From contig CAWDVR010000001.1 of the NCBI GenBank assembly GCA_963805975.1, forward strand, positions 64,001-128,000: 64,000 bases of DNA, in the 5' to 3' direction. The position numbers and the translations under genes were made by a program. Positions 1 to 11,291 of the stretch are shown piece by piece (position 1 is the first letter of the stretch; each line of letters starts with the position of its first letter). Under the pieces are notes generated by a model. It ran no database searches and was not told the origin of the DNA. It saw nothing but the letters and a program-made list of their open reading frames with translations. The stretch is from an uncultured Acidobacteriota bacterium. Lineage in GTDB: Bacteria; Acidobacteriota; Thermoanaerobaculia; Multivoradales; SZUA-115.

Positions 1-588
1 CTCTACGACGCCTCGTACGATCTCCTGGGGATGACGCCGTCGCGCTACCGTGCCCGGGCGCCCGGCGAGGTGGTGCAGTGGACGGTGGCCGCCTCGCCGC
101 TCGGCCGGCTGCTGGTCGCTGCCACGGACAAGGGCGTCTGCCGGATCGAGCTGGGCGACGACCGCGAGGCGCTCGCCCGGCGCATGGAGCAGCTCTTCTC
201 CGAGGCGCACCTGGTCGAGGGCGGCCCGGAGCTGGCGCGCTGGGTGGAGGAGATCCTCGCCTTCCTGGCCCAGCCGGCAAAGGGCCTCACGCTGCCCCTC
301 GACATCCGCGGCACGGCCTTCGAGCAGCGGGTGTGGGAGGCGCTACGCCAGATCCCGGTAGGCGAGACGGCGAGCTACGGCGCCGTGGCGCGGGCGCTCG
401 GCGAGCCGCGCTCGGCGCGGGCGGTGGCGCGCGCCTGCGGCGCCAACCCGGTGGCCCTCGCCGTGCCCTGCCATCGAGTGATCGCGAGCGACGGCTCGTT
501 GGGCGGGTATCGGTGGGGGGTGGAGCGGAAGCGGAAGCTGCTGGAGCGCGAGGGGGCGGCCGGTGCGCCTGCTATAAACCCGGCATGA
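1..588 (+). CDS. ada: Ada-type bifunctional regulator / methylated-DNA-protein-cysteine methyltransferase, 5'-truncated by window edge
   Basis: Frame open from base 1 (LYDASYDLLGMTPSRYR, like the end of the Ada AraC-type HTH); GTAFEQRVW, SYG and active-site PCHRV motif. Confidence 0.85.
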   Translation, partial: LYDASYDLLGMTPSRYRARAPGEVVQWTVAASPLGRLLVAATDKGVCRIELGDDREALARRMEQLFSEAHLVEGGPELARWVEEILAFLAQPAKGLTLPLDIRGTAFEQRVWEALRQIPVGETASYGAVARALGEPRSARAVARACGANPVALAVPCHRVIASDGSLGGYRWGVERKRKLLEREGAAGAPAINPA

Positions 589-2606
589 AACTGTGCTATC
601 TCGCGGCGATCGGCCTGCTCGCCGCCTGTGGCAGCCCGCAACCTGCCACGGACCCGGCCGCGCTCACCGCCGTACGCCTGGCCGAGGATCTGCGCGTCGC
701 CGACTCGCCGGTCCTCCGCCAGGCGCTCGCCTCGCCCGACGCCACCCTGCGCGCGCGCGCCGCCCTCGCCATGGGCCGCATCCAGGCGCCCGCGTATGCC
801 GAGCCGCTGGCCGAGCGCGCCCGCACGGACACCGACCCGAAGGTCCGGCAGGCCGCCTTCTTCGCCCTGGGCGAGCTTGGGTTGGTCGAAGGGTCCACAC
901 CGCCACCCGCCGCGATCCAGGCCGCGGAGAGCGCGCTCTCCGATCCGGACATCACCATCGCCGCCGCGGCCGTGGAGGCTCTGGGCAAGCTGGCGGTGGC
1001 CGGGTCGGCGGCCCCTCTCACCAAGGCGTTGGCGGATGGCAGACCGGAGATCCGCCGCGAGGCGGCCTACGCCCTGTTCCGACTGCGCTTCGTGCCAGTC
1101 TGGCGGCAGGAGGCGCCCTCGCCGCCGGAGCTGCCGGCGGAGGCCGTGACCGAGCTCATCGCGGCGCTTTCTGACGCCCACCCCGAGGTGCGCCGGGCGG
1201 CGACCTACTCGTTCTCGCGCTTCGGCATGTCGCCGTCGCCGGGCCGCGAGGCGGTGGTGGCCGGCCTTGCGGCCCGGCTCGTGGACGAGGACGAGTGGAC
1301 GCGTCTCTTCGCGGCACGGAGCCTCGGCCGCGCCGGCGACCCCGGCGCAGCCACGGCGCTGGCGGTCCGGCTCGGTGACGACAGCCTCCACGTCCGCGCC
1401 GAGGCGGTCTCGGCCCTCACGGCCCTGAAGCGGTCCGACCTGCTGCCGCCCGACCTCGCCCGCGACCGCTCGTTCCACGTCCGCGCCGCCGCCGCCCGCG
1501 CGCTCGCCGACCTCGATACGCCGGCCTCGCTCGAGACCCTGCGCAACCTGCAGAAGGATTTGAGCCCCACGGTGCGCGGCGCGGCCGTCGAGGCGCTGGG
1601 CAGGCGGCTCGGGACCGGGATGCACGCCGAGATCTCGGGGCTGCTCAACGCGCCCGCCTGGACCGACCGCGTGGCCGCGGTGCGGGCAGCGGCCCACTCC
1701 GGCGCGGCCGCGCTGCCGATCCTCGAACGAGCGCTCCAGGACTCCGACCGCCGGGTGCAGACCGCCGCCGTCGAGGCCCCGGGGAGCCTGCCCGGCCCCG
1801 CGGCCGACGCCCTGTTGACGCAGGCGCTCGCGGTCGCCGACCTCGCCGTGCGCTCGACGGCGGTGGGCGCGCTGCCCAAGCGCACGAGCATGGACCGCCT
1901 GGCGCGGCTCCAGGAGGCGTACCAGGGCTCGGCGGGAGTCGATTGGATCGAGGTCCGCGAGGGGATCGTCGACGCGCTGGTCGAGCTGCTGGAAAGCGGC
2001 GGGCTCCAAGGAGCCGAGCCGGCCGGCGCACTCGGTCGGCTGCACGGGATCGCGGCCGAGGACCCCGCGCCCTCGGTGCGCGCCAAGGCGCGGCTCGCCC
2101 TGGCCAGGCGGGGCGAAGCGCTGCCGCCCGAGCCACCGAGCGCTGCCCAGCCCTCGCCCTTCCTCACGACCAGGCTCGATCGCGATCCGGTGGTGGTGAT
2201 GGAGACGAGCAAGGGGACGATCGAGATCCGCTGCTTCCACGAAGCGGCGCCTCTCCATTGCGCCAACTTCCTGGCCCTGGTGGGGAAGCGCTTCTACGAC
2301 GGGCTCACCTGGCACCGGGTGGTCTCGAACTTCGTGATCCAGGGCGGCGACCCACGGGGGGACGGCTTCGGCGGACCCGGCTACACGCTGCGCGACGAGG
2401 TGAGCCCGCTGCGCTTCGGTGCCGGCACCGTGGGCATGCCCAAGGCCGGCAAGGACACCGGCGGCGGCCAGCTCTTCATCACCCACCTGCCAACGCCGCA
2501 CCTCGACGGCAACTACACGGTCTTCGGCCAAGTGATCGCCGGGCTGCCGGTGCTGGACGCGATCGAGGTCGGCGACTCGATCGCTCGCGCGTACGTGAAA
2601 CCGTAG
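585..2606 (+). CDS. HEAT-repeat lipoprotein with C-terminal cyclophilin-type peptidyl-prolyl isomerase
   Basis: ATG 585 overlaps ada stop (ATGA); lipobox LLAAC; many VRxAAxxALG HEAT repeats; C-terminal FYDGLTWHRVVSNFVIQGGDP...QLFIT...HLDGNYTVFGQV. Confidence 0.88.
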   Translation: MKLCYLAAIGLLAACGSPQPATDPAALTAVRLAEDLRVADSPVLRQALASPDATLRARAALAMGRIQAPAYAEPLAERARTDTDPKVRQAAFFALGELGLVEGSTPPPAAIQAAESALSDPDITIAAAAVEALGKLAVAGSAAPLTKALADGRPEIRREAAYALFRLRFVPVWRQEAPSPPELPAEAVTELIAALSDAHPEVRRAATYSFSRFGMSPSPGREAVVAGLAARLVDEDEWTRLFAARSLGRAGDPGAATALAVRLGDDSLHVRAEAVSALTALKRSDLLPPDLARDRSFHVRAAAARALADLDTPASLETLRNLQKDLSPTVRGAAVEALGRRLGTGMHAEISGLLNAPAWTDRVAAVRAAAHSGAAALPILERALQDSDRRVQTAAVEAPGSLPGPAADALLTQALAVADLAVRSTAVGALPKRTSMDRLARLQEAYQGSAGVDWIEVREGIVDALVELLESGGLQGAEPAGALGRLHGIAAEDPAPSVRAKARLALARRGEALPPEPPSAAQPSPFLTTRLDRDPVVVMETSKGTIEIRCFHEAAPLHCANFLALVGKRFYDGLTWHRVVSNFVIQGGDPRGDGFGGPGYTLRDEVSPLRFGAGTVGMPKAGKDTGGGQLFITHLPTPHLDGNYTVFGQVIAGLPVLDAIEVGDSIARAYVKP

Positions 2607-2657
2607 CCGCTGTGGTATAAGCGCCGAAGATCGTTTCTACGTCTCCGGGGGCGTTCG

Positions 2658-3341
2658 ATGCCCATCAAGCTGCAAGGCCAGCATAGCTTCCCCGCTCCAC
2701 GCGAGGTGGTCTGGCGGGCGCTCGTCGATCCCCAGATCCTCGCCCGCACCCTGCCCGGCGCCGAGCGCCTGGTGGAGGTGGCCGAGAACCGCTTCGAAGG
2801 GCAGATCAACCTCAGGATCGGCCCTGTGCAGGGCCAGTTCGCGGGCAGCGTGGCGCTGTCCGAGGTGCGGCCCCTCGAGGGCTATCGGCTCGAGCTCAAG
2901 GGCCAGGGCGCCCCGGGCTTCGTCGAAGGCGCGGGCCGCGTCTGGCTCGAGGATGGCCCCGAGGGAACCACCGTCCTGCACTACGACGTCGACAGCCAGG
3001 TCGGCGGGCGCATCGCCGGCGTCGGCCAGCGGCTGCTCGACAGCTCCGCCAAGGTGCTGACGCGGCAGGCGCTCGAAGGCCTCGAAAAGCAGATCGCGGC
3101 CCTGGCCCCGGCGGTCGAGAGCAGCGCCCCGGGCGAGCTCACCGGTGCGGCGCCGGCTGCTGCCGCGCCCTCGCCAGTCCCGGCGGCGCCTTCGCAGGCC
3201 GCGTTCGCCTCCGAGTTCGTGAAGGGCCTGGCGGGCGAGATGGTGCCGAGAGACAAGAAGCTCCTGATCTGGCTCGGCCCGGCGCTGGCCCTGGTGGGCA
3301 TCGCCGTGCTGGTCGTGATGCGGGGCTGCGGCACGAGCTAG
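2658..3341 (+). CDS. coxG: CoxG-like SRPBCC protein with C-terminal membrane anchor
   Basis: APREVVWRALVDP...VGGRIAGVGQRLLD; Pro/Ala linker and terminal TM helix; precedes coxSLM. Confidence 0.85.
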   Translation: MPIKLQGQHSFPAPREVVWRALVDPQILARTLPGAERLVEVAENRFEGQINLRIGPVQGQFAGSVALSEVRPLEGYRLELKGQGAPGFVEGAGRVWLEDGPEGTTVLHYDVDSQVGGRIAGVGQRLLDSSAKVLTRQALEGLEKQIAALAPAVESSAPGELTGAAPAAAAPSPVPAAPSQAAFASEFVKGLAGEMVPRDKKLLIWLGPALALVGIAVLVVMRGCGTS

Positions 3342-3359
3342 AAAAACAGGAGGCGGCCC

Positions 3360-3827
3360 ATGACGATCCCCATCCGAGTCGAGGTCAACGGCAAGGCGTA
3401 CGAGCGGGAGGTCGAGCCCCGGCTGCTGCTCGTCCACCTGCTGCGCGACGTGCTGGGCCTGACCGGCACCAACGTCGGCTGCGAGACCAGCCTGTGCGGT
3501 GCCTGCACGGTGTGGATGGACGGCGCCGCGGTCAAGTCCTGCACTCAGCTCGCGGTGCAGGCGGACGGCAGCTCGGTGACCACCATCGAGGGCCTCAAGA
3601 AGAACGGCAAGCTCCATCCCGTGCAGGCGGCGTTCTGGGAGGAGCACGGCCTGCAGTGCGGCTACTGCACACCGGGGATGATCATGGCCTCGGCGGCGCT
3701 CCTCGAGCGCAACCCCGATCCGAGCGAAGAGGAGATCCGCGAGGCGCTCAAGGGCAACCTCTGCCGCTGCACCGGCTATCACAACGTCGTCCGCGCCGTG
3801 CGCCGCGCGGCGCAGGAGGGGACCTGA
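3360..3827 (+). CDS. coxS: CoxS/CutS-type (2Fe-2S) small subunit
   Basis: [27 protein letters not shown]; RBS AGGAGG. Confidence 0.93.
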   Translation: MTIPIRVEVNGKAYEREVEPRLLLVHLLRDVLGLTGTNVGCETSLCGACTVWMDGAAVKSCTQLAVQADGSSVTTIEGLKKNGKLHPVQAAFWEEHGLQCGYCTPGMIMASAALLERNPDPSEEEIREALKGNLCRCTGYHNVVRAVRRAAQEGT

Positions 3828-3829
3828 CC

Positions 3830-6181
<2,352 letters not shown>

Positions 6182-6190
6182 GAGGGAGCG

Positions 6191-7057
6191 ATGTTCCCAG
6201 CCCCGTTCGAATACCACCGCGCCTCGAGCGTCGACGAAGCGCTCGCCCTCCTGGCCGCCCAGCCCGGCGCCAAGCTCCTGGCCGGCGGCCACAGCCTGAT
6301 CCCGCTCTTGAAGCAGCGCCTGGCGGCGCCACCGGCGCTGATCGACATCGGCCGCATCGCCGAGCTCGCCGGCATCACCGAGACGGGCGGCAAGCTGCAC
6401 GTCGGCGCCCTCACTCGCCATGCGGCGATCGCCTCCTCCGAGCTGGTGCGGCGCGCCTGCCCGCTTCTCGCCGAGGCGGCGGGCAAGATCGGCGATCCCC
6501 AGGTCCGCAACAAGGGCACCATCGGCGGCAACGTCGCCCACGCCGACCCGGCCTCGGACCTGCCGGCGGTGCTGGTGGCGCTCGACGCGACGATCCACCT
6601 GCGCGGCCCGGCCGGGCCGCGCCAGGTGCAGGCGTCCGCCTTCTTCACCGACCTCCTGACCACCGACCTGGGCGAGGGCGAGATGCTGACCGCCGTCGAG
6701 GTGCCGGTGCTCGGCATGGACACCGGCACCTGCTACCTCAAGGCCGAGCACCCGGCCTCGGGCTACGCCCTGTGCGGCGCCGCGGCCGTGGTGGGGCTGG
6801 ACGCGGACGGGCGCGCGACCCATGCCGCCCTGGCCTTCAACGGCATCGCCGCCACGCCGGTCTCGGTGCCCGGTCTCGCCGCCGCGCTCGCCGGCCGCAC
6901 GCCGGACGACGGCGCTATCGCCGCCGCCGTGGCCGGGCACCTCTCGGTGCCGGACCCGCTGGGCGACATCCACGCTTCGGGCGAGTACCGCGTGGAGCTG
7001 GCGAGGGTCTACGGCCGGCGCGCGCTCGAGCGCGCGCGGGACCGGGCGCGGAGCTGA
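6191..7057 (+). CDS. coxM: CoxM/CutM FAD-binding medium subunit
   Basis: LAGGHSLIP, QVRNKGTIGGNVAHADPASD. Confidence 0.92.
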   Translation: MFPAPFEYHRASSVDEALALLAAQPGAKLLAGGHSLIPLLKQRLAAPPALIDIGRIAELAGITETGGKLHVGALTRHAAIASSELVRRACPLLAEAAGKIGDPQVRNKGTIGGNVAHADPASDLPAVLVALDATIHLRGPAGPRQVQASAFFTDLLTTDLGEGEMLTAVEVPVLGMDTGTCYLKAEHPASGYALCGAAAVVGLDADGRATHAALAFNGIAATPVSVPGLAAALAGRTPDDGAIAAAVAGHLSVPDPLGDIHASGEYRVELARVYGRRALERARDRARS

Positions 7058-7074
7058 TTGCGCCCGCGGCTGCG

Positions 7075-7209
7075 CCCCTCACCCTAGCCCTCTCCCCGCA
7101 AGCGGGGAGAGGGGACCAGAAGGGGGCTCCGGCGCAGGTTCCGGCCTTCCCCGTCACCGAATCCGGCCCCCTCGCCCCGCGTGAGCGGGGAGAGGGCTGG
7201 GGTGAGGGG
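7075..7209. repeat. Inverted pair of REP-like palindromes (CCCCTCACCCTAGCCCTCTCCCC...GGGGAGAGGG type)
   Basis: 7075-7115 and 7167-7209 are near reverse complements, each with an internal hairpin. Confidence 0.85.
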
Positions 7210-7249
7210 TACTGGCGACCGCGTAGAATGCCCGCGAGAGGTCTTTCCC

Positions 7250-7561
7250 ATGCGTGAGGTTCTACCCGACGTCGAGCGCTGGCGTACCGCCGGTAAGCAG
7301 GTGGCGCTCGCCACCGTGGTCAAGGTCTGGGGCTCGGCGTCGCGGCCCCCCGGCTCCAAGATGGCCATCTCCTCGGCCGGCGAGATGGCCGGCTCGGTTT
7401 CCGGCGGCTGCGTCGAGGGTGCGGTTCACGAGGAGGCGCTGAAAGTGCTCGCCACCGGCGAACCGAAGCTCCTCACCTTCGGGGTCAGCGACGAGCAGGC
7501 CTGGGCCGTGGGCCTCTCCTGCGGCGGCGAGATCCAGGTCTTCGTCGAGCCTCTGGGGTGA
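7250..7561 (+). CDS. XdhC/CoxI family protein (N-terminal module)
   Basis: ALATVVKVWGSASRPPGSKM...GSVSGGCVE...GLSCGGEIQVFVE. Confidence 0.9.
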   Translation: MREVLPDVERWRTAGKQVALATVVKVWGSASRPPGSKMAISSAGEMAGSVSGGCVEGAVHEEALKVLATGEPKLLTFGVSDEQAWAVGLSCGGEIQVFVEPLG

Positions 7562-7568
7562 GCGGGCC

Positions 7569-9500
7569 ATGAATGGCGAGATCTTCGAGGCCCTTCGCCA
7601 GTCGCTCGACGGCGAGCGGCTCTGCGCCCTGGCGACGGTCGTCGATGGCCCAGGGCTGGGCGCCGAACGCCTGCTGTGGCCGGACGGTCGCGCGCTGGGC
7701 AGCCTGGGCTCGGCGGAGCTGGACGCCGCCGCGGACACGGCCCTCCGCCGCCAGCTCGCGGTGCTGCGCAACGAACGGCTGACCCTCGACTCGCCCGGTG
7801 GCCCGGTCGAGGCCTTCGTAGAGGTCTACGCCCCACCGCCGCAACTCGTGGTGGTCGGCGCCGTCCACGCTGCGATCTCGCTGGTCGCCTTCGCCAACGC
7901 GCTCGGCTGGCGCACCTTCGTCGTCGACCCGCGCGGCGCCTTCGCGACCGCGGAGCGCTTCGCCCACGCCCACCGGCTGATCACCGAGTGGCCGCAGGAG
8001 GCGTTCGCCGGGATCACGCTCCACGAGCGGACGGCGGTGGCGTTCCTGTCCCACGATCTGAAGCTCGATCTGCCGGCGCTCCGCATCGTGCTGCGCAGCC
8101 CGGTCGCCTACGTCGGCGCCCTGGGCTCCAAAAAGACCCACGGCAAGCGCGTGGCAGCGCTTCGCGAGGAGGGATTCACCGATCAGGAGATCGGTCGCGT
8201 ACGGTCACCCATCGGCCTGCCGCTGGGCGGGCGGGCGCCCGAAGAGATCGCGCTCGCGGTGATGGCGGAGATCGTCGCGGCGTCGAACGGGGTCTCGCTG
8301 GAAGTGGTGGCAGGAGGGAAGAAGTGGATTCCCGCTTTCGCGGGAATGACAGAGCCTACTGTTGCGGAATGTCGAGCCTCCTCGCTCCGTCGTTCCCGCG
8401 AAAGCGGGAATCCATCCGCTCTCCTACGCTTCGAGCCGCTTCAGCGCGCCGAAGCCCACCAGCTTGCGCTGCTCTTCGTCCCACAGCTTCAGCCGCGCCG
8501 TCCGCAGGCTGTCGCGCACGGTGAGCCGCGTCACCTGCTGCAGCTCCGGCACGTTCTCCATGCAGTCCCGCAGCCGGTAGTTCGGGATCCGGCTCGCCAG
8601 GTGATGGATGTGGTGGAAGCCGATGTTGCCGGAGAGCCAGTGGAGCCAGCGCGGCAGGTCGTAGAACGAGGCGCCCTGCAAGCTGGCCTCGTGGAAGTTC
8701 CACTCCGGATGATCGCGCCAGTAGGTGTCCTCGAACTGGTGCTGGACGTAGAACAGCCACACTCCGATCGAGCCGCCCACCAGCGTGATCGGGAGCTGCA
8801 CTGCGAGAACGCGCCCGAGGCCGAGCGTGTACCAGCCGAGCGCGACCGCCGCGGCGAGCGCCAGGTTGGTTCCCACGACGCTCGCCCACTCCTTCTTCCA
8901 GCCGCGCGGTGCGTCGAGCGGCAGGCGGTGCTTGAGGAGGAACTGGTACGCGGGGCCGATCACGAAGAGCGTCAAAGGGTTGCGGTAGAGCCGGTAGGCG
9001 AATCGGCCCCAGAACGACCGGCTCTGGTACTCCCGCACGGTGATCGTCCGGATGTCGCCGAACTCGCGGTTGTCGAGGTCGCCCGAGCTCGCGTGGTGGA
9101 TGGCGTGGGTACGGCGCCAGTAGTGGAACGGCGTCAAGGTCACGATGCCGAGCACGAAGCCCACCGCTTGGTTGGCGCGCGCCGAGCGGAAGAACGAGCC
9201 GTGGCCGCAGTCGTGCTGGATGATGAACAGCCGCATCATCATGCAGGCGGCCGGCAGCGAGAGCGCCAGAGTGAGGAAATAGGAGACCTGGAGGCTCCAC
9301 AGCATCGCGGCCCACATCAAGGCGAAAAGAAGCGCGCTGTTGGCGAGCTGGAAGACGCTCTTCCAGGCCACGGGCTCCTTGTAGGGGGCGAGGATCTCGT
9401 TCCAGGACCGCGTGCTCGCGGTGGCATCCAACGTCGACATCGGGGGGCCTTTCTCGTCTTCGGTTGTGCTCGATGCAGGTTCGAGGCGGCCTTCTGGTAG
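7569..9500 (+). CDS. XdhC/CoxF family protein; recognisable domain ends near 8320 but frame has no stop until 9500
   Basis: [44 protein letters not shown]; tail after ~8320 is REP plus desaturase antisense. Confidence 0.75.
   Translation: MNGEIFEALRQSLDGERLCALATVVDGPGLGAERLLWPDGRALGSLGSAELDAAADTALRRQLAVLRNERLTLDSPGGPVEAFVEVYAPPPQLVVVGAVHAAISLVAFANALGWRTFVVDPRGAFATAERFAHAHRLITEWPQEAFAGITLHERTAVAFLSHDLKLDLPALRIVLRSPVAYVGALGSKKTHGKRVAALREEGFTDQEIGRVRSPIGLPLGGRAPEEIALAVMAEIVAASNGVSLEVVAGGKKWIPAFAGMTEPTVAECRASSLRRSRESGNPSALLRFEPLQRAEAHQLALLFVPQLQPRRPQAVAHGEPRHLLQLRHVLHAVPQPVVRDPARQVMDVVEADVAGEPVEPARQVVERGALQAGLVEVPLRMIAPVGVLELVLDVEQPHSDRAAHQRDRELHCENAPEAERVPAERDRRGERQVGSHDARPLLLPAARCVERQAVLEEELVRGADHEERQRVAVEPVGESAPERPALVLPHGDRPDVAELAVVEVARARVVDGVGTAPVVERRQGHDAEHEAHRLVGARRAEERAVAAVVLDDEQPHHHAGGRQRERQSEEIGDLEAPQHRGPHQGEKKRAVGELEDALPGHGLLVGGEDLVPGPRARGGIQRRHRGAFLVFGCARCRFEAAFW
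8325..8414. repeat. Inverted pair of REP-like elements with ATTCCC-N8-GGGAAT core
   Basis: TGGATTCCCGCTTTCGCGGGAATGAC (8325-8350) and its reverse complement with one mismatch (8389-8414). Confidence 0.9.
8424..9440 (-). CDS. Membrane fatty acid desaturase
   Basis: Three His boxes HDCGH, HAIHH, HHIHH; TM segments. Confidence 0.93.
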   Translation of the reverse strand: MSTLDATASTRSWNEILAPYKEPVAWKSVFQLANSALLFALMWAAMLWSLQVSYFLTLALSLPAACMMMRLFIIQHDCGHGSFFRSARANQAVGFVLGIVTLTPFHYWRRTHAIHHASSGDLDNREFGDIRTITVREYQSRSFWGRFAYRLYRNPLTLFVIGPAYQFLLKHRLPLDAPRGWKKEWASVVGTNLALAAAVALGWYTLGLGRVLAVQLPITLVGGSIGVWLFYVQHQFEDTYWRDHPEWNFHEASLQGASFYDLPRWLHWLSGNIGFHHIHHLASRIPNYRLRDCMENVPELQQVTRLTVRDSLRTARLKLWDEEQRKLVGFGALKRLEA

Positions 9501-9592
9501 CGCCGAAGCGAGGCTAACACGGGACCTCGGGGCCGCCGCTTGATAGCATCAAACCATACAGATTCCTGACAGTTGCCGTCCCCGAGGAGCCC

Positions 9593-10864
9593 ATGACAGA
9601 GACCGCCGTCCTACCCGCCGCCACGTGCGCCCCGGGCACGCTCGACCTCGATTTCGTGCGCGCGCAATTCCCCGCCCTGGTGGACAACGACTGGGCGCTC
9701 TTCGACAACGCCGGCGGCAGCGTGCCGCCGCGGACGGTGATCGACCGCGTGACGCAGTACATGTCGCGCTACGGCGTGCAGCTCGGCGCCTCCTACGCGC
9801 TCTCGGCCGAGGCCTCGGAGCGGGTGGCAGCCGGGCGCAGGGCCGCGGCGATCCTGGTCAACGCCTCCCCCGACGAGGTCGTCCTCGGCGCTTCGACGAC
9901 CATGAACACCTTCACCCTGGCGCGGGCGCTCGCGCCGTGGTTCGCGGCCGGCGACGAGGTGGTGGTCACCAACCTCGATCACGAGTCGAACATCGGGGCT
10001 TGGCGGCGGCTCGCGGAAGGCGGGGCGGTAGTCCGGGAATGGCGCCTGCGGCCGGAGAGCGCGGCCCTCGAGCTCGAGGACCTCGATGCCCTGCTCAACG
10101 AGCGCACGCGCCTGGTGTGCTTCACGCAGTGCGCCAACGTCACCGGCCGCCTGCTGGACGCCGCGGCCGTCTGCCGCCGTGTCCACCAGGCCGGCGCCCT
10201 GGCCCTGGTCGACGGCGTGGCCTACGCGCCGCACCGCCGGGTGGACGTGAAGGAGATCGACGCCGACTTCTACCTGGTGAGCCTCTACAAGGTCTTCGGG
10301 CCCCACGTCGGGCTGCTCTACGGCAAGAGCGAGCACCTGCTGCGGGCCCGCAACATCAACCACTTCTTCTTCGGCGAGGACGAGGTGCCCTACAAGCTGC
10401 AGCCGGGCAACGTCAACCACGAGCTGACCGCGTCCCTGCCCGGCGTCCTCGACTACCTGGACGCCGTGGACCGCCATCACTTTGCGGCCGAGGAGCCGGA
10501 CACGGGCCGGCGCCTGGCGCGCACCTTCGATCTGCTGGAGCGCCACGAGGAGGCGCTGGTCTCGCCCTTGATGGAGTTTCTCTCCGCGCGGCGCGGCGTG
10601 CGAGTGATCGGGCCGCGCTCTGCCGACCGTGCGCTCCGCGTGCCGACCGTGGCGTTCGCCATTCCGGGCCGCGATGCCGCGGAGATCCCGCCCCGCCTCG
10701 ACGAGCGGCGCGTGGCCGTGCGCTTCGGCCACTTCTACGCCTACCGCGCCATGCAGGCCCTGGGGCTCGACGGGAGCCACGGTGTGGTGCGCGCCAGCCT
10801 CGCGCACTACAACACGCACGAAGAGGTGGCGCGCCTCATCCGGGCGCTCGACGAAGTGCTCTAG
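9593..10864 (+). CDS. Class V aminotransferase / cysteine desulfurase-like protein
   Basis: FDNAGGS, LDHESN, DGVAYAPH, SLYKVFGPH (PLP Lys), RASLAHYN. Confidence 0.9.
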   Translation: MTETAVLPAATCAPGTLDLDFVRAQFPALVDNDWALFDNAGGSVPPRTVIDRVTQYMSRYGVQLGASYALSAEASERVAAGRRAAAILVNASPDEVVLGASTTMNTFTLARALAPWFAAGDEVVVTNLDHESNIGAWRRLAEGGAVVREWRLRPESAALELEDLDALLNERTRLVCFTQCANVTGRLLDAAAVCRRVHQAGALALVDGVAYAPHRRVDVKEIDADFYLVSLYKVFGPHVGLLYGKSEHLLRARNINHFFFGEDEVPYKLQPGNVNHELTASLPGVLDYLDAVDRHHFAAEEPDTGRRLARTFDLLERHEEALVSPLMEFLSARRGVRVIGPRSADRALRVPTVAFAIPGRDAAEIPPRLDERRVAVRFGHFYAYRAMQALGLDGSHGVVRASLAHYNTHEEVARLIRALDEVL

Positions 10865-10964
10865 TCGCGGGCGGGCGCTGTCACCGTCGGACCGGCCCCA
10901 CGCACAGTTTTAGCAGAGGTAGCAAGACCGCGGCGGACTCCGCCGCCGAAAAGGAGAATGACCG

Positions 10965-11234
10965 ATGCTGAAGCTTTCGCGCTCACTTTTCCACCGCCGG
11001 TCCGTGGCTCTCGTCCTCACCTTCGCGGCCGTCGCCGCCGCGGCCGCCTTCCTGGTACCGCAGACCACGGACGCCCAGCAGGGCCGTTGCGGCCTGGAGT
11101 TCATCTACTACAGCGACGCCTCGCACACCGACGTGGTGGGCTACCGCGCCTACGAGCCGCCCGAGTGCGGCTGCACGCTCTACTCGTGGGGCACGATCAG
11201 CGTCCACAAGGAGATCTTCGACTTCTTCTGCTAG
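10965..11234 (+). CDS. Small secreted four-Cys protein (DUF6289-like)
   Basis: RBS AAGGAG; signal peptide; YYSDA...VVG...CGC...SWG pattern; terminal Cys; family name from memory. Confidence 0.7.
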   Translation: MLKLSRSLFHRRSVALVLTFAAVAAAAAFLVPQTTDAQQGRCGLEFIYYSDASHTDVVGYRAYEPPECGCTLYSWGTISVHKEIFDFFC

Positions 11235-11291
11235 GCCCCACCTGGCCTCGTCTCCCGCGGCCGAGCGCCGCGGGAGCCTTCCTTCCACCGG

